From an uncultured Gemmatimonadales bacterium (GTDB taxonomy: Bacteria; Gemmatimonadota; Gemmatimonadetes; Longimicrobiales; RSA9), in NCBI GenBank assembly GCA_963741945.1, contig CAVUKA010000004.1, positions 32,001-96,000 on the forward strand: a stretch of DNA of 64,000 nt, given 5' to 3'. The position numbers were made by a program, and so were the translations under genes. Below are positions 10,026 to 19,567 of the stretch, piece by piece. The stretch's first letter is position 1. Each line of letters opens with the position of its first letter. Below the pieces are notes generated by a model that saw only the letters and a list, made by a program, of their open reading frames with translations, made no database searches and was not told where the DNA came from.

Positions 10026-10658
10026 ATGAGAACGGTGAACACGACGGTGGCGACCGCCGCAGCTCTGGTCATGCTTGCCTCGCCGGCAGCCGCCCAGGCG
10101 CCCGGACTCGAGGTGAAGCTGAACCCGCGGATCGGCCTGTACGAGCCTCTGACGAAGCTCACGGACGCGCCGAACGCGGTGACGGAGATGAAGGGGAGTC
10201 TGGCCGTGGGGCTGGGCCTCGAGCTCCGGTTCGGCGCATCGCCGTTCGGCATACGCGCCAACATGGACTACGCCACGAGCTCCAGTGTGGAAACCAGCTC
10301 GGGCGGCGTGACACTGGGCGACTCGCCGGACGCCACACTGCTCGCGGTGGTGGGCGACGTCGTGCTCCGTCCGCTCCCCCGGCTCCCGGTGGTCAAGCCG
10401 TACCTCTTCGCCGGTGGCGGCCTGAAGCAGTATGATGTGACGGCGAGCAGCGTAACGTACGAGTCGTTCAAGAACGAGAGCGATCTGACCGTCCACCTCG
10501 GCGGCGGGCTCGATCTGGGCCTGGGGCCCTTCGCCCTGAATGCGGAAGTGGGGGACTATGTCAGCTGGTCCGACTTCCGGTCGACTGCGGGCGAGACGGA
10601 CAAGAAGACGCAGCACGACCTCTTCGTCACGATCGGCCTCGCCATCGGCATGCTCTGA
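10026..10658 (+). CDS. Outer-membrane beta-barrel protein (porin/OmpA-like)
   Basis: GGAGG RBS, signal peptide ending AAAQA, amphipathic strands (KPYLFAGGG, HLGGGLD). Confidence 0.75.
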   Translation: MRTVNTTVATAAALVMLASPAAAQAPGLEVKLNPRIGLYEPLTKLTDAPNAVTEMKGSLAVGLGLELRFGASPFGIRANMDYATSSSVETSSGGVTLGDSPDATLLAVVGDVVLRPLPRLPVVKPYLFAGGGLKQYDVTASSVTYESFKNESDLTVHLGGGLDLGLGPFALNAEVGDYVSWSDFRSTAGETDKKTQHDLFVTIGLAIGML

Positions 10659-10758
10659 TCGGCGGCCGGGCCGCGGCCGCCGCCTGTTGAGCGGTCGCGG
10701 CCCCCGCCGTTAGCTTGGGGCCTCGTCGCACGACCCGACTCTGTCCCGGCTCATACGG

Positions 10759-13140
10759 ATGAACGACACGACAATGGCGGAGCAGTCCTCCACCGCGGCG
10801 CTCCGTGACCACCTGGAGTACCGCCCCCCGTACCTGGGCGCGGCGCTCGCCGCGCTCGCGGTGTGGATCCTGTACGCGGTCACGCTGGCGCCCAGCACGG
10901 CGTTCTGGGACACCAGCGAGTACATCGCCACCGCCCACATCCTCGGCATCCCGCACCCGCCGGGGAACCCGACCTTCGTCGTGCTCGCCCGCGCCTGGGA
11001 GCTGCTGCTCGCGCCGTTCGGCCTGTCCGTGGCCGTCCGGATCAACCTGTTCAGCGCCACCATGGGCGCGCTGGCCCATGGGTGCTGGTTCCTCGTGGCG
11101 CACCGGATCGTGTCGTCGTTCACGCGCGATCGGAAGCTCCGCCTCCTCGGCGCCGCGCTGGCCGTCCTGGTCAGCGCCACCGCATTCACGGTATGGGCGC
11201 AGTCGAACGTGAACGAGAAGGTGTACACGGTCTCGCTCTTCACCATCGCGCTGCTGAGCTGGCTCGCGTTCCTGTGGCGCGACAACCTGGGGAAAGGCAA
11301 GGATGACAACCTCATCCTCCTCATGGTCTTCATCCTCGCCCTCTCGGTGGGGAACCACCTCATGGCCTTTCTCGCGGCCCCGGCCATCCTGGTCTTCATC
11401 CTGCTCGTCGAGCCCCGCACGCTCCTGAACTGGAAGCTGTACGCGTTCGGCGCCGCCGTGGCGATCCTCGGGCTCTCGATCCATCTGTTCCTGCCGATCC
11501 GCGCTTCGCTCCACCCGGTGATCAACGAGGCCGACCCGAGCACCTGGCACGCCCTCCTCGAGTCGCTCGCACGCAAGCAGTACGACAAGCCATCGGTGTT
11601 CACCAATCCCACCGACCTGGCCATGCCGCGCAGTGTGCCGCTGATCCTCGCGCAGATCGGCAACTACCTCCAGTACTTCGACTGGCAGTGGGCCCGGGGT
11701 CTCAACTTCGCCCAGTCGCTGTTCGGCGGCATCGGTCAGAATCCGCCGGGCGGCGCGCCGGTCCGGCCGCTCGTGACACTGCTCTTCGTGATGCTGGGCG
11801 TCTACGGCGCCTACGAGCACTTCGTGCGCGACCGGATCAGCTGGTGGTACATGGTGATCCTCTTCGCCACGGTCTCCATCGGCCTCGTCGGATACCTGAA
11901 CTTCAAGTACGGCTACACATTCCCGCAGCCGGGGCCGGGCTACAACATCGAGATGCACGAAGTCCGCGAGCGGGACTACTTCTTCATTGTCAGCTTCAGC
12001 GTCTGGGGACTGTGGGCGGGGCTCGGGATCTTCACGTTCTGGCGACGCCTGGCCGAAGTGCTCGGGGAGCGCGCGCGTTCCCTGGCCACCGCCACGCAAC
12101 GCGCCGCGGCCGCGTCGCCCGTGCTGGTGCTCGCCTTCCTCCCGCTGCTCCTCAACTGGAAGTACGCCGACCGCAGCAACCAGTACATGGCCCGCGACTG
12201 GGCCTACAACATGCTCATGAGCGTGGAGCCGTACGGCGTTCTCTTCACCAACGGCGACAACGACACGTTCCCGCTCTGGTACGTGCAGGAAGTGGAAGGG
12301 ATCCGGCGCGACGTGACCGTGATCGTCATGAGCTACCTGAACACGCCGTGGTACGCCAAGCAGGTGAAGGCCCTGACCGAGCCGTGCGCCGAAGGCGTGA
12401 ACCCGCTTGCGGATCCCACCCGGATCATCTGCCAGCGCCCCTTCCAGCCGGAGAAGGAAGCGGAAGTCTACGCGGCTCACGCCGGCTCGCCGCTGGACAG
12501 CGCCGGCGCGCCAGTGAAGGGGATGGCCCGCGCGGTGTGGACCCGCCCCGGGCGTTCGATCCTGTCCATGTCGAACGCGCGCATCGACTCGATCCCCGAT
12601 GTCTATGCGGCCAACCCGTACAACTTCCTGATCCAGGACCCGGTCCAGCTCAGGGCGGACAGCCTCCGCTTCACCATCCCCGGCAACCGCGTCCTCCTCC
12701 CGGCGGACGTGTTCATGCTGAACATCATTCAGAGCTCGCTCGGGGACCGGCCGATCTACTTCGCCACCACCACCCAGGCGTACGACCGGGTCGGGCTCAC
12801 GGGCCACCTTCTGCGTCAGGGGCTGGCCCTCAAGCTGTTCGACGGCGACCTGAAGGCCGACACCGCCGCGGGCATCTTCGCAATCCCTGCCAGCGCCCAG
12901 ATCCCGGGCAGCTTCGTAGACCTCCCGGCCACCGACACGCTCCTCTGGAACGTGTTCGTGCACCGCGGCGGCATCCCGGACAGGTGGGACTTCTGGCCCG
13001 AGCCGTCCACGAAGAACATCCCGTGGTATTACGTCTACGCCCACTACGCGGCCTACACCGCCCACGTGCAGCAGGGGGAGGAGGAGAAAGCGCAGCGGCA
13101 CTACGACCGGATGGAAGCGTGGACCAGACTGGCCCAGTAG
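10759..13140 (+). CDS. DUF2723 / TMEM260-like multi-TM glycosyltransferase (putative protein O-mannosyltransferase)
   Basis: WDTSEY...GIPHPPG, EKVY, EVRERDYFF and NGDNDTFPLWYVQEVEG motifs; about 11 TM segments then a soluble C-terminal domain. Start may be 10774. Confidence 0.85.
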   Translation: MNDTTMAEQSSTAALRDHLEYRPPYLGAALAALAVWILYAVTLAPSTAFWDTSEYIATAHILGIPHPPGNPTFVVLARAWELLLAPFGLSVAVRINLFSATMGALAHGCWFLVAHRIVSSFTRDRKLRLLGAALAVLVSATAFTVWAQSNVNEKVYTVSLFTIALLSWLAFLWRDNLGKGKDDNLILLMVFILALSVGNHLMAFLAAPAILVFILLVEPRTLLNWKLYAFGAAVAILGLSIHLFLPIRASLHPVINEADPSTWHALLESLARKQYDKPSVFTNPTDLAMPRSVPLILAQIGNYLQYFDWQWARGLNFAQSLFGGIGQNPPGGAPVRPLVTLLFVMLGVYGAYEHFVRDRISWWYMVILFATVSIGLVGYLNFKYGYTFPQPGPGYNIEMHEVRERDYFFIVSFSVWGLWAGLGIFTFWRRLAEVLGERARSLATATQRAAAASPVLVLAFLPLLLNWKYADRSNQYMARDWAYNMLMSVEPYGVLFTNGDNDTFPLWYVQEVEGIRRDVTVIVMSYLNTPWYAKQVKALTEPCAEGVNPLADPTRIICQRPFQPEKEAEVYAAHAGSPLDSAGAPVKGMARAVWTRPGRSILSMSNARIDSIPDVYAANPYNFLIQDPVQLRADSLRFTIPGNRVLLPADVFMLNIIQSSLGDRPIYFATTTQAYDRVGLTGHLLRQGLALKLFDGDLKADTAAGIFAIPASAQIPGSFVDLPATDTLLWNVFVHRGGIPDRWDFWPEPSTKNIPWYYVYAHYAAYTAHVQQGEEEKAQRHYDRMEAWTRLAQ

Positions 13141-13163
13141 CCCGGCCGGCGCTGGGCGCGGCC

Positions 13164-14021
13164 ATGGTCATCGGGGCTGCCTCGCTCTGGGGCAGCCTCG
13201 GTCTTTTCGGCCGCCTCGCATTCCAGCACGGCGCAGCGCCACTCGAAGTCGGATCCATCCGCGCCGCCCTCGCCTTCCTCGGCGTCCTCCCCCTCGCCCT
13301 CGCCCGACCCGGGCGCCTCCGCGTCCGCCCCGCCGACATCCCCCTGCTCCTGGGGTACGGCGCCGTTGGCGTGGGATTCTTCTACTACGTCTATCTCGAA
13401 GCCGTGGCCCGCCTGCCGCTGGCCGTGGCCGCGGCGCTCCTCTACACCGCGCCCGCCTTTGTCGTGGCGCTGGCGTGGACGCTCCGCTGGGAGCCCGTCC
13501 GACCGCGGCGCCTGCTCCCGCTCGCAATGGTGATCCTCGGAGCGTTCCTGGCGACGGGCGCCTTCCGGGCGCTGGGCGGCGTGAGCGCGGTCGGCGTGGC
13601 GGCCGGGCTGGCCAGCGGGGTGGCGTACGCGCTCTACACGGTGGTGGGGAAGCGCATCCGGGCGCGGTACAGCGTCCTCACCACCATCGTCTACGCCTAC
13701 GGCGTGGGCGCGCTCGTGCTCGCATTCGCTTCGCCGCCCTGGACCGTCCTGGTCGAGCACCCCGACGCCACCGGCGTGCTGCTCCTCATGGGGCTCGGCC
13801 CGACGCTGCTCGCCGCGCTCCTGTTCTACGGGGGGCTCCGCCACATCGACGCGAGCGCCGCCAGCATGCTGGCCACCATCGAGCCCGTGGTGGCCGCCCT
13901 CCTCGGGCTGGCGTGGCTGGGAGAAGCACTGCCCTGGACCACGGCGGCCGGCACGGCGCTGGTGGTGGCGGCGGCAGTGATGCTGCGCCCCGGGACGCGC
14001 CCGGCGGCGAAGCCGACGTAG
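13164..14021 (+). CDS. EamA/DMT family transporter
   Basis: About 10 hydrophobic helices, LLYTAP and ATIEPVVAALLG motifs. In-frame GTG at 13119 is an alternative start. Confidence 0.85.
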   Translation: MVIGAASLWGSLGLFGRLAFQHGAAPLEVGSIRAALAFLGVLPLALARPGRLRVRPADIPLLLGYGAVGVGFFYYVYLEAVARLPLAVAAALLYTAPAFVVALAWTLRWEPVRPRRLLPLAMVILGAFLATGAFRALGGVSAVGVAAGLASGVAYALYTVVGKRIRARYSVLTTIVYAYGVGALVLAFASPPWTVLVEHPDATGVLLLMGLGPTLLAALLFYGGLRHIDASAASMLATIEPVVAALLGLAWLGEALPWTTAAGTALVVAAAVMLRPGTRPAAKPT

Positions 14022-14074
14022 CCGGAACCGACAGCCGGGCGTCGACGTCAGGGGGTGCCCCCGGTATGGAGTGG

Positions 14075-16507
14075 TCAACCGATCCCGGCCACCTGCATCA
14101 GCTCGTGGGGGTCGGCGGCGTCCACCCGACTGGCGCCCGTGCGCTCGTCGAACACGCACCGGATGACCTGGTCCATGCCGTCGCGGATCCCCTCGATGTG
14201 CGTGATGAGGATGACCTGCTCGAAGCGGCCGGTGAGGGTGTGCAGCAGCTGGATGACATTGTCGCGGCGCTCCACGTCCAGCGAACCGAACACTTCATCC
14301 AGGATCAGCACGCCAACCGGGTGGCCCGCTCGCTCCGCGATCATCTGGCTGATGGCCAGCCGCAGCACCAGGTTGGCGATGTCCTCCTCGCCACCACTGA
14401 TCACCGGCTTCTCCTCGCCCTCATCCAGCACCAGGACGTTGTACGCGTCGTCGATCTCCAGCGCCGCGTAGCGTCCGGCCGTGATTTCGGACAGGAACGC
14501 GCTGGCCAGCTCACTCAGCTCCGGGCGGACCCGGGTGTTGAGCTCGACCCGGAGCTGGCTGAACGCGGTGTCCAGCTCACTGTTGTGCAGTCGCTCCAGC
14601 TCCAGGGCATCCAGGACCGCCTTCTTCCGCGCGTAGTCCGCCTCGGCGTGCTCGGCCGCCCGCACGGCCTCATCTGCGGCATCCAGCCGACCGTTCGCCT
14701 CCGTGAGCCGGAGCTCTCCGCGCCGCACGTCCTCGACCGCCCGCTCGTGCTCGCGCCGCACCGCCTCGTGCGCTGCCGGGTCGAACTCCAGGGCCGTCAG
14801 CGCTTCGCGGGCGGCACGGCCCCGTGCCTCCGCCGCCGAGCGCCGGTCAGCGGCCTCGCGCCGCTCCCGCTCCACCGGCTCCCGACGGAACACGACGGCT
14901 TCCAGGCCCGTGGCCTTCCGCTCCACTTCCCGCAGGCTCTCCAGCCGCTGCTCGGCCGCGCGGTGCGCTGCGACGTCGTAGCCGGCGGGGATCGCCGCCA
15001 GGTCCACCCTCTGCCGCTCCAGCCGCTCCCGCTTGCGCGCGAGATCCACCCGCAGCTTTTCCGCCTCCTCGGCCGCCTGTTGGGACCGGCTCAGCTTCTC
15101 GGCCCTGGACTCGATCGCGGCCTGGAGCTCCGCCCGTCGGCTTTCCGCCTCCTCCAGCGCTGTGGGCTTCTGCTCCAGCTGCGCTTCGCGTTTCTTGAGC
15201 CACTTGCCATCCTGCACCAGCGACTCCCACTCGTCCTCGAGTGACCGCAGCACCTGGTCGTAGTGGTCGTGCAGCGGACGACCACACGTGGGGCACGTCC
15301 CCTCCGCCCCCGCCTCCCGGAGCTGGTCCAGCTGCTGCTGCAGCTCCGCGGTGCGGTCCTTGTACGTCTGCAGGCGCGTCCGGGCCTCCTGCCGGTCCTG
15401 CTGCCACGCGTCCCGCTCCCGCTCCGCGCGCGGCTCCACTTCCGCCAGCTCGCCGCGCAGCGCCTCCAGCTCGGCCAGGAACCGCTCGACGAACTCCGGC
15501 GCGCGGGACAGCGTCGCCAGCCGAAGCTCCCCCTCCTCGATCTCGCCACCGAGATGCCGTACCGCCTCGTCCAGTACGCGACGCCGCTCCTCGAGCCGCG
15601 CCAGCTCCGACAGCCGCTCGCACTCGCGGGCCACGTCGGGCAGCACAGCCAGGTCCGTGGCCAGCCCCGCCCGCGTCCGCTCCGCGGCGACGACCGCCTC
15701 CAGCTCCTCCTCCGCCCGTGAAACGGCTCGCGCGGCGTCGCGGTATTCCTGGGCGGCCATTTCCCGCTCGTGCTCCAGCTCCGCGGCCTCCTGTCGGGAC
15801 GCCCCGACCCGCTCCCATCTCGGCGCCACGGTCTCCAGTGCCTGCCGCGCCCGCCCGAGCTCGCGGCGCGCCGCCTCCACTGCCGACCGCGCCTCCTCGC
15901 GCCGGCCGCGCGCGCTTTCCATCTCCGACCGCAGCGCCGAGGGATCCGCCATCCCGGCGCGCAGCCCCTCGATCTCGTGGCGCAGGTCATTGCGCCGTGT
16001 CCGCGCTCGCTCCTGCGCCAGCCGGAGCCGTTCGTAGCCCAGCACCTGGGCGAAGAACCGGCCGCGGTCGGCGGGCCCCATCTGCGCCAGGAACTGCAGC
16101 TCCTTCTGGCCGGTGAAGTAGGTGTTGAAGAACTCGTCGCGGGTCATCCGGAGACCGCGCTGCAGGTAGTCGGATGCGCCGCGGAGCGTGGTGGCCACGG
16201 GATCGTCGCCACCATCGAGGAACACCTCGGCCGTGGTGAGTGTCCGGACCACGCGGTAGGCGTGCCCGCCCAGCCCGAACTCCAGCTCCACGCGCACCGG
16301 GCTGCGCGGCTCGGCCCGGGCGAAGCGGATGGTCTCGTTCGTCCCCCGCGCCGCCGGCGCGCCGTAGATGGCCCACGCGATGGCCTCGAGCAGCGTGCTC
16401 TTGCCGGCCCCGTTCGGGCCGATGATCCCGGTCACGCCCGACCGGAACTCGATGCGGGTGTCCGCGTGCTGCCGGAAGTTCAGGAGGTGGAGCCGGTCCA
16501 GTCTCAC
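14075..16507 (-). CDS. sbcC: SbcC/Rad50 SMC-family ATPase
   Basis: Walker A GPNGAGKST, long coiled coil, zinc hook CPTC, signature SGGE, Walker B LILDEVFGSLD, ITH. Confidence 0.93.
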   Translation of the reverse strand: MRLDRLHLLNFRQHADTRIEFRSGVTGIIGPNGAGKSTLLEAIAWAIYGAPAARGTNETIRFARAEPRSPVRVELEFGLGGHAYRVVRTLTTAEVFLDGGDDPVATTLRGASDYLQRGLRMTRDEFFNTYFTGQKELQFLAQMGPADRGRFFAQVLGYERLRLAQERARTRRNDLRHEIEGLRAGMADPSALRSEMESARGRREEARSAVEAARRELGRARQALETVAPRWERVGASRQEAAELEHEREMAAQEYRDAARAVSRAEEELEAVVAAERTRAGLATDLAVLPDVARECERLSELARLEERRRVLDEAVRHLGGEIEEGELRLATLSRAPEFVERFLAELEALRGELAEVEPRAERERDAWQQDRQEARTRLQTYKDRTAELQQQLDQLREAGAEGTCPTCGRPLHDHYDQVLRSLEDEWESLVQDGKWLKKREAQLEQKPTALEEAESRRAELQAAIESRAEKLSRSQQAAEEAEKLRVDLARKRERLERQRVDLAAIPAGYDVAAHRAAEQRLESLREVERKATGLEAVVFRREPVERERREAADRRSAAEARGRAAREALTALEFDPAAHEAVRREHERAVEDVRRGELRLTEANGRLDAADEAVRAAEHAEADYARKKAVLDALELERLHNSELDTAFSQLRVELNTRVRPELSELASAFLSEITAGRYAALEIDDAYNVLVLDEGEEKPVISGGEEDIANLVLRLAISQMIAERAGHPVGVLILDEVFGSLDVERRDNVIQLLHTLTGRFEQVILITHIEGIRDGMDQVIRCVFDERTGASRVDAADPHELMQVAGIG

Positions 16508-17727
16508 CCGGAGCCCTCCCGCTCGGCACCCTCCGGGTCTCCGCCCGACCGCTCCCGCCAGTCCTCGGCCGCGGCCACGTACTCGGAGCCGAGCACCAGC
16601 AGTCGCTCGAGCTCGATGCCCGGCATGGTGATGCGCCAGTCCGAGAGGAACCGCTCCAGCTCCTGCTCCAGGGTCAGGCGACGTCGCCCGGCGCCATCAT
16701 CACCGGCTCCGCTCTGCGCTTCCGGCCGACGCGCGTCCAGGTGGAAATGCATCGCTTCCGCCTTCAGCGCCCGGATCCGACGGTGGTCCATGCGACGGAG
16801 GAGCTCACGCGGCACGTCCGTGATCACCTGCCGGACGATCTTCCCACGGACCCCGTCCGGGAGCGACGCAACCGCTGCGGCGATCCGCGCATCGACCGCT
16901 GCCGGTTCCAGCCGCCCCGCCTCGGCCGTGCGCGCGCTGAACCGGGGCAGATCCACCACTTCCCGGACCGGCACCTCCTGGAATTCGCCCCGGCCCCGCT
17001 CCGTGTCGAAGAGGACCCACCCCTTCCGGCTCCCGGCCTCCGCCCAGATGTTCGTGGACGTGCGCTCCGTGGCGCCAGCGTACCACGCGTTCGGCGCGAG
17101 CGCCGTGGCCTCGTGGAAGTGGCCCAGCGCCACGTAATCCCACGCACCCCCCCGGATCGCGTTCCATTCCATGTGGCCGCCGCCATGCTCGACCCGGCGC
17201 AGCAGCCGATCGTCCGCACCGGTCCCCGTGACCGTGCCGTGCAGCATCAGGATGTTCGTGGCCGCGGCGGGATCCGGCTGCGGCTCCGGATCGCGCGCCC
17301 CCGCCAGCGCCGGGTGAGGGACGCAGAGCACGGACGCGCCGAGCTCCGGCAGTGCCACGGTGCGCGCCTGGTCGTCCACCACGTGGACGCCCGGGATCTC
17401 CGCCAGCAGTCTCAGGATGCTGCCGGCGTCGGCAGCGCGCGGGGAGTCGTGGTTGCCCGCGATCACGACGATGGGCGCGTCGTCCAGCCCCTGTCGCAGT
17501 CGCATGAAGAGCCTGAACCCGTCCATGATCGCGGCGTTCGATGGGCGGACCGTATGGAAGACGTCGCCGGCGAAGAGCACGAGGTCGGGCGACGATGCGA
17601 CCACCGCGTCCACGGCCCGCGCCGCTGCATCCGCCACGTCCCGTTCGCGCTGGTTCACGCCACCGGGCGCCATGCGGTGGTAGGCGCGATAGCCGAGGTG
17701 CAGGTCCGCCAGGTGGGCGATCCTCAA
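16504..17727 (-). CDS. sbcD: SbcD/Mre11 nuclease
   Basis: ADLHLG, AGDVF, GNHDS and ALGHFH metallophosphoesterase motifs; TTG start; GTGA overlap with sbcC. Confidence 0.92.
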   Translation of the reverse strand: MRIAHLADLHLGYRAYHRMAPGGVNQRERDVADAAARAVDAVVASSPDLVLFAGDVFHTVRPSNAAIMDGFRLFMRLRQGLDDAPIVVIAGNHDSPRAADAGSILRLLAEIPGVHVVDDQARTVALPELGASVLCVPHPALAGARDPEPQPDPAAATNILMLHGTVTGTGADDRLLRRVEHGGGHMEWNAIRGGAWDYVALGHFHEATALAPNAWYAGATERTSTNIWAEAGSRKGWVLFDTERGRGEFQEVPVREVVDLPRFSARTAEAGRLEPAAVDARIAAAVASLPDGVRGKIVRQVITDVPRELLRRMDHRRIRALKAEAMHFHLDARRPEAQSGAGDDGAGRRRLTLEQELERFLSDWRITMPGIELERLLVLGSEYVAAAEDWRERSGGDPEGAEREGSG

Positions 17728-17728
17728 C

Positions 17729-19018
17729 TCACCGCAGTCCTTCCCCGGGCACGCCCACCACCTGCCCGTTCACGCCCGAGCCCGCGTCCCCCAGGAGGAA
17801 CAGGACCACGGACGCGATCTGTTCGCGGGTCACCCACTTCACGCTTTCCGGGTCCGACGCCTCCGCACGGTTCTGCGCCGTGTCCACCATCCCCGGCGCC
17901 ACGGCGTTCACCCGCACGCCCGTGTCACGCTCTTCCAGCGCGAGCGCCCGCGTCAGTGCGATCACCGCCGCCTTCGCCGCGCTGTACGCCGCCATCCCCT
18001 TCACCGCGCGCTCTCCCGCCGGCGAGGCGAAGTTGACGATGACGCCGCGCGTCGCCCGCAGCAGCGGCAGCGCAGCGCGACTCACCAGAAATGCCGTGCG
18101 AGCGTTCGCATCCAGCTCCCGCTGCCACGCGTCCGGCAATGTCTCCGCCACCGCGCCCATCGCCCGCAGCCCGCCGGCCACGTTGACCACGCCGTCCAGC
18201 CGGCCCCAGCGGTCCTGCGCCGCCGCCACGACGGCCGCCGCGCCCTCTTCCTCGGACAGGTCCGCGGCCACGGCGATCACTTCGCCGCCCAGGCTACGGG
18301 CCAGCTCCATCACGGCCTCGCTCCGCGACGTCACCACCACCCGTGCGCCTTCCACGACCAGCGCCTCCGCCACCGCGTAGCCCACCTGTCCCCGGTCTCC
18401 GACGCCCGTGACCAGCACCACGCGTTCCCCCATTCCGGCCTCCTTCCGTGCACCCGAGAGCCCGAGCTCGATCCATCCCGCGGCCGTCAGCACCAGTGCG
18501 ACGCCCACGAACACGGGACCCGGCGGGAAGGATGGTACCAGCCACCCGGCCGCCAGTGCCACGCCCGCCGCCACACCCACCAGCGCGGGCACCACCACGC
18601 CACCCCGCACTCCCGACCCCAGCCGGCTCAGCAGTCCCGCCAGCGCATAGCTCGGCCCCACCACCAGCAGGACCACCCCTACGGGCTGCCCCCAGCCGCG
18701 CGTCTGCAGCGCCGGGAATCGGAGCCACGCCATGGCGGCGAACGACGCCACCACCAGCGCCAGGATGGCACTCATCCACCACCCCACCCGCCGCTGCGCT
18801 CCAGACCCCGAAGTCTGCGCGCGCCCGGGCGGCGCGCCGGCTACCCACGCACCGGCGCCCAGGCTGAGGAGTGCCAGCGAAAGGAGGAACCCCACGGACG
18901 ACAGCAGCCCCTCCCCCGTGTAGAGGAGGAGCGCCCCGGCCGAGAGCGACGAGATCCCCAGCGCAAGGCCGGCGATCAGCGACGCCAGTGTGCCGGGCCA
19001 CTTCCGTCCGGCCGCCAT
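17729..19018 (-). CDS. Short-chain dehydrogenase/reductase with an N-terminal ~195-aa multi-TM domain (possible internal start at 18433)
   Basis: SDR part has TGVGDRGQVG, VNVAG, YSAAK and NAVAPG; the N-terminal part has about 6 hydrophobic helices. Confidence 0.8.
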   Translation of the reverse strand: MAAGRKWPGTLASLIAGLALGISSLSAGALLLYTGEGLLSSVGFLLSLALLSLGAGAWVAGAPPGRAQTSGSGAQRRVGWWMSAILALVVASFAAMAWLRFPALQTRGWGQPVGVVLLVVGPSYALAGLLSRLGSGVRGGVVVPALVGVAAGVALAAGWLVPSFPPGPVFVGVALVLTAAGWIELGLSGARKEAGMGERVVLVTGVGDRGQVGYAVAEALVVEGARVVVTSRSEAVMELARSLGGEVIAVAADLSEEEGAAAVVAAAQDRWGRLDGVVNVAGGLRAMGAVAETLPDAWQRELDANARTAFLVSRAALPLLRATRGVIVNFASPAGERAVKGMAAYSAAKAAVIALTRALALEERDTGVRVNAVAPGMVDTAQNRAEASDPESVKWVTREQIASVVLFLLGDAGSGVNGQVVGVPGEGLR

Positions 19019-19491
19019 CAGGGAGACAGCCGGCCGTAGCCGCCCCGGAAGTACAGGAGCGGGGCGCCCTCGTCCGCGTCGCCCGCCACCACTTCGCCCA
19101 GGAAGATGGAATGATCACCACCGTCGTAGCGTTCCCGGACCCGACAGTCCACCCACGCCAGCGCCCGCTCCAGCACGGGCGCTCCGGTCGTCTCCGTCCG
19201 GTACGCCACCCCCTGGAACTTCCGGTTGCGGTCGTTCTCCGCGAAGCGCCGGGCCAGCCCTTCGCCCCGCTCATCCAGGACGTTCACTGCGAATGCGCCG
19301 GACTGCTCGATGCACGCGTGCGTGTCGGCCGTGAGGTCCACGCACACCAGCACGAGTGGCGGCTCCAGCGACACCGAGACCACGGCGCTCGCCGTGAGGC
19401 CGCACGGCTCGCCATCACTGGCCGTGACCACGGTGACCCCCGTGGGCAGGTGTCCGAGAATGCGGCGGAACTCCGGGGACTCCATTGCCAT
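19018..19491 (-). CDS. Flavin reductase family protein (RutF/HpaC-like)
   Basis: FRRILGHLPTGVTVVT, SVSLEPPLVLVC, GGDHSIFLGEV, PLLYFRGGY. Stop overlaps the next ATG (TGATG). Confidence 0.92.
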   Translation of the reverse strand: MAMESPEFRRILGHLPTGVTVVTASDGEPCGLTASAVVSVSLEPPLVLVCVDLTADTHACIEQSGAFAVNVLDERGEGLARRFAENDRNRKFQGVAYRTETTGAPVLERALAWVDCRVRERYDGGDHSIFLGEVVAGDADEGAPLLYFRGGYGRLSP

Positions 19492-19567
19492 CAGCCTTCT
19501 CGCGCCTCTCCGCTCATTGCGTGGGTGATCGACGAGTCCGTACCTTCCGCGGGTGGGAACACAAACG

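Noticed and set aside
10661-10681. Hairpin after the beta-barrel gene as a terminator
   Set aside because: All-GC 8-bp stem with no convincing U tract.
14075-17727. SMC ATPase plus nuclease as an anti-phage system (Wadjet/Lamassu)
   Set aside because: Zinc-hook Rad50 plus Mre11 phosphoesterase is canonical SbcCD; no kleisin or effector genes.
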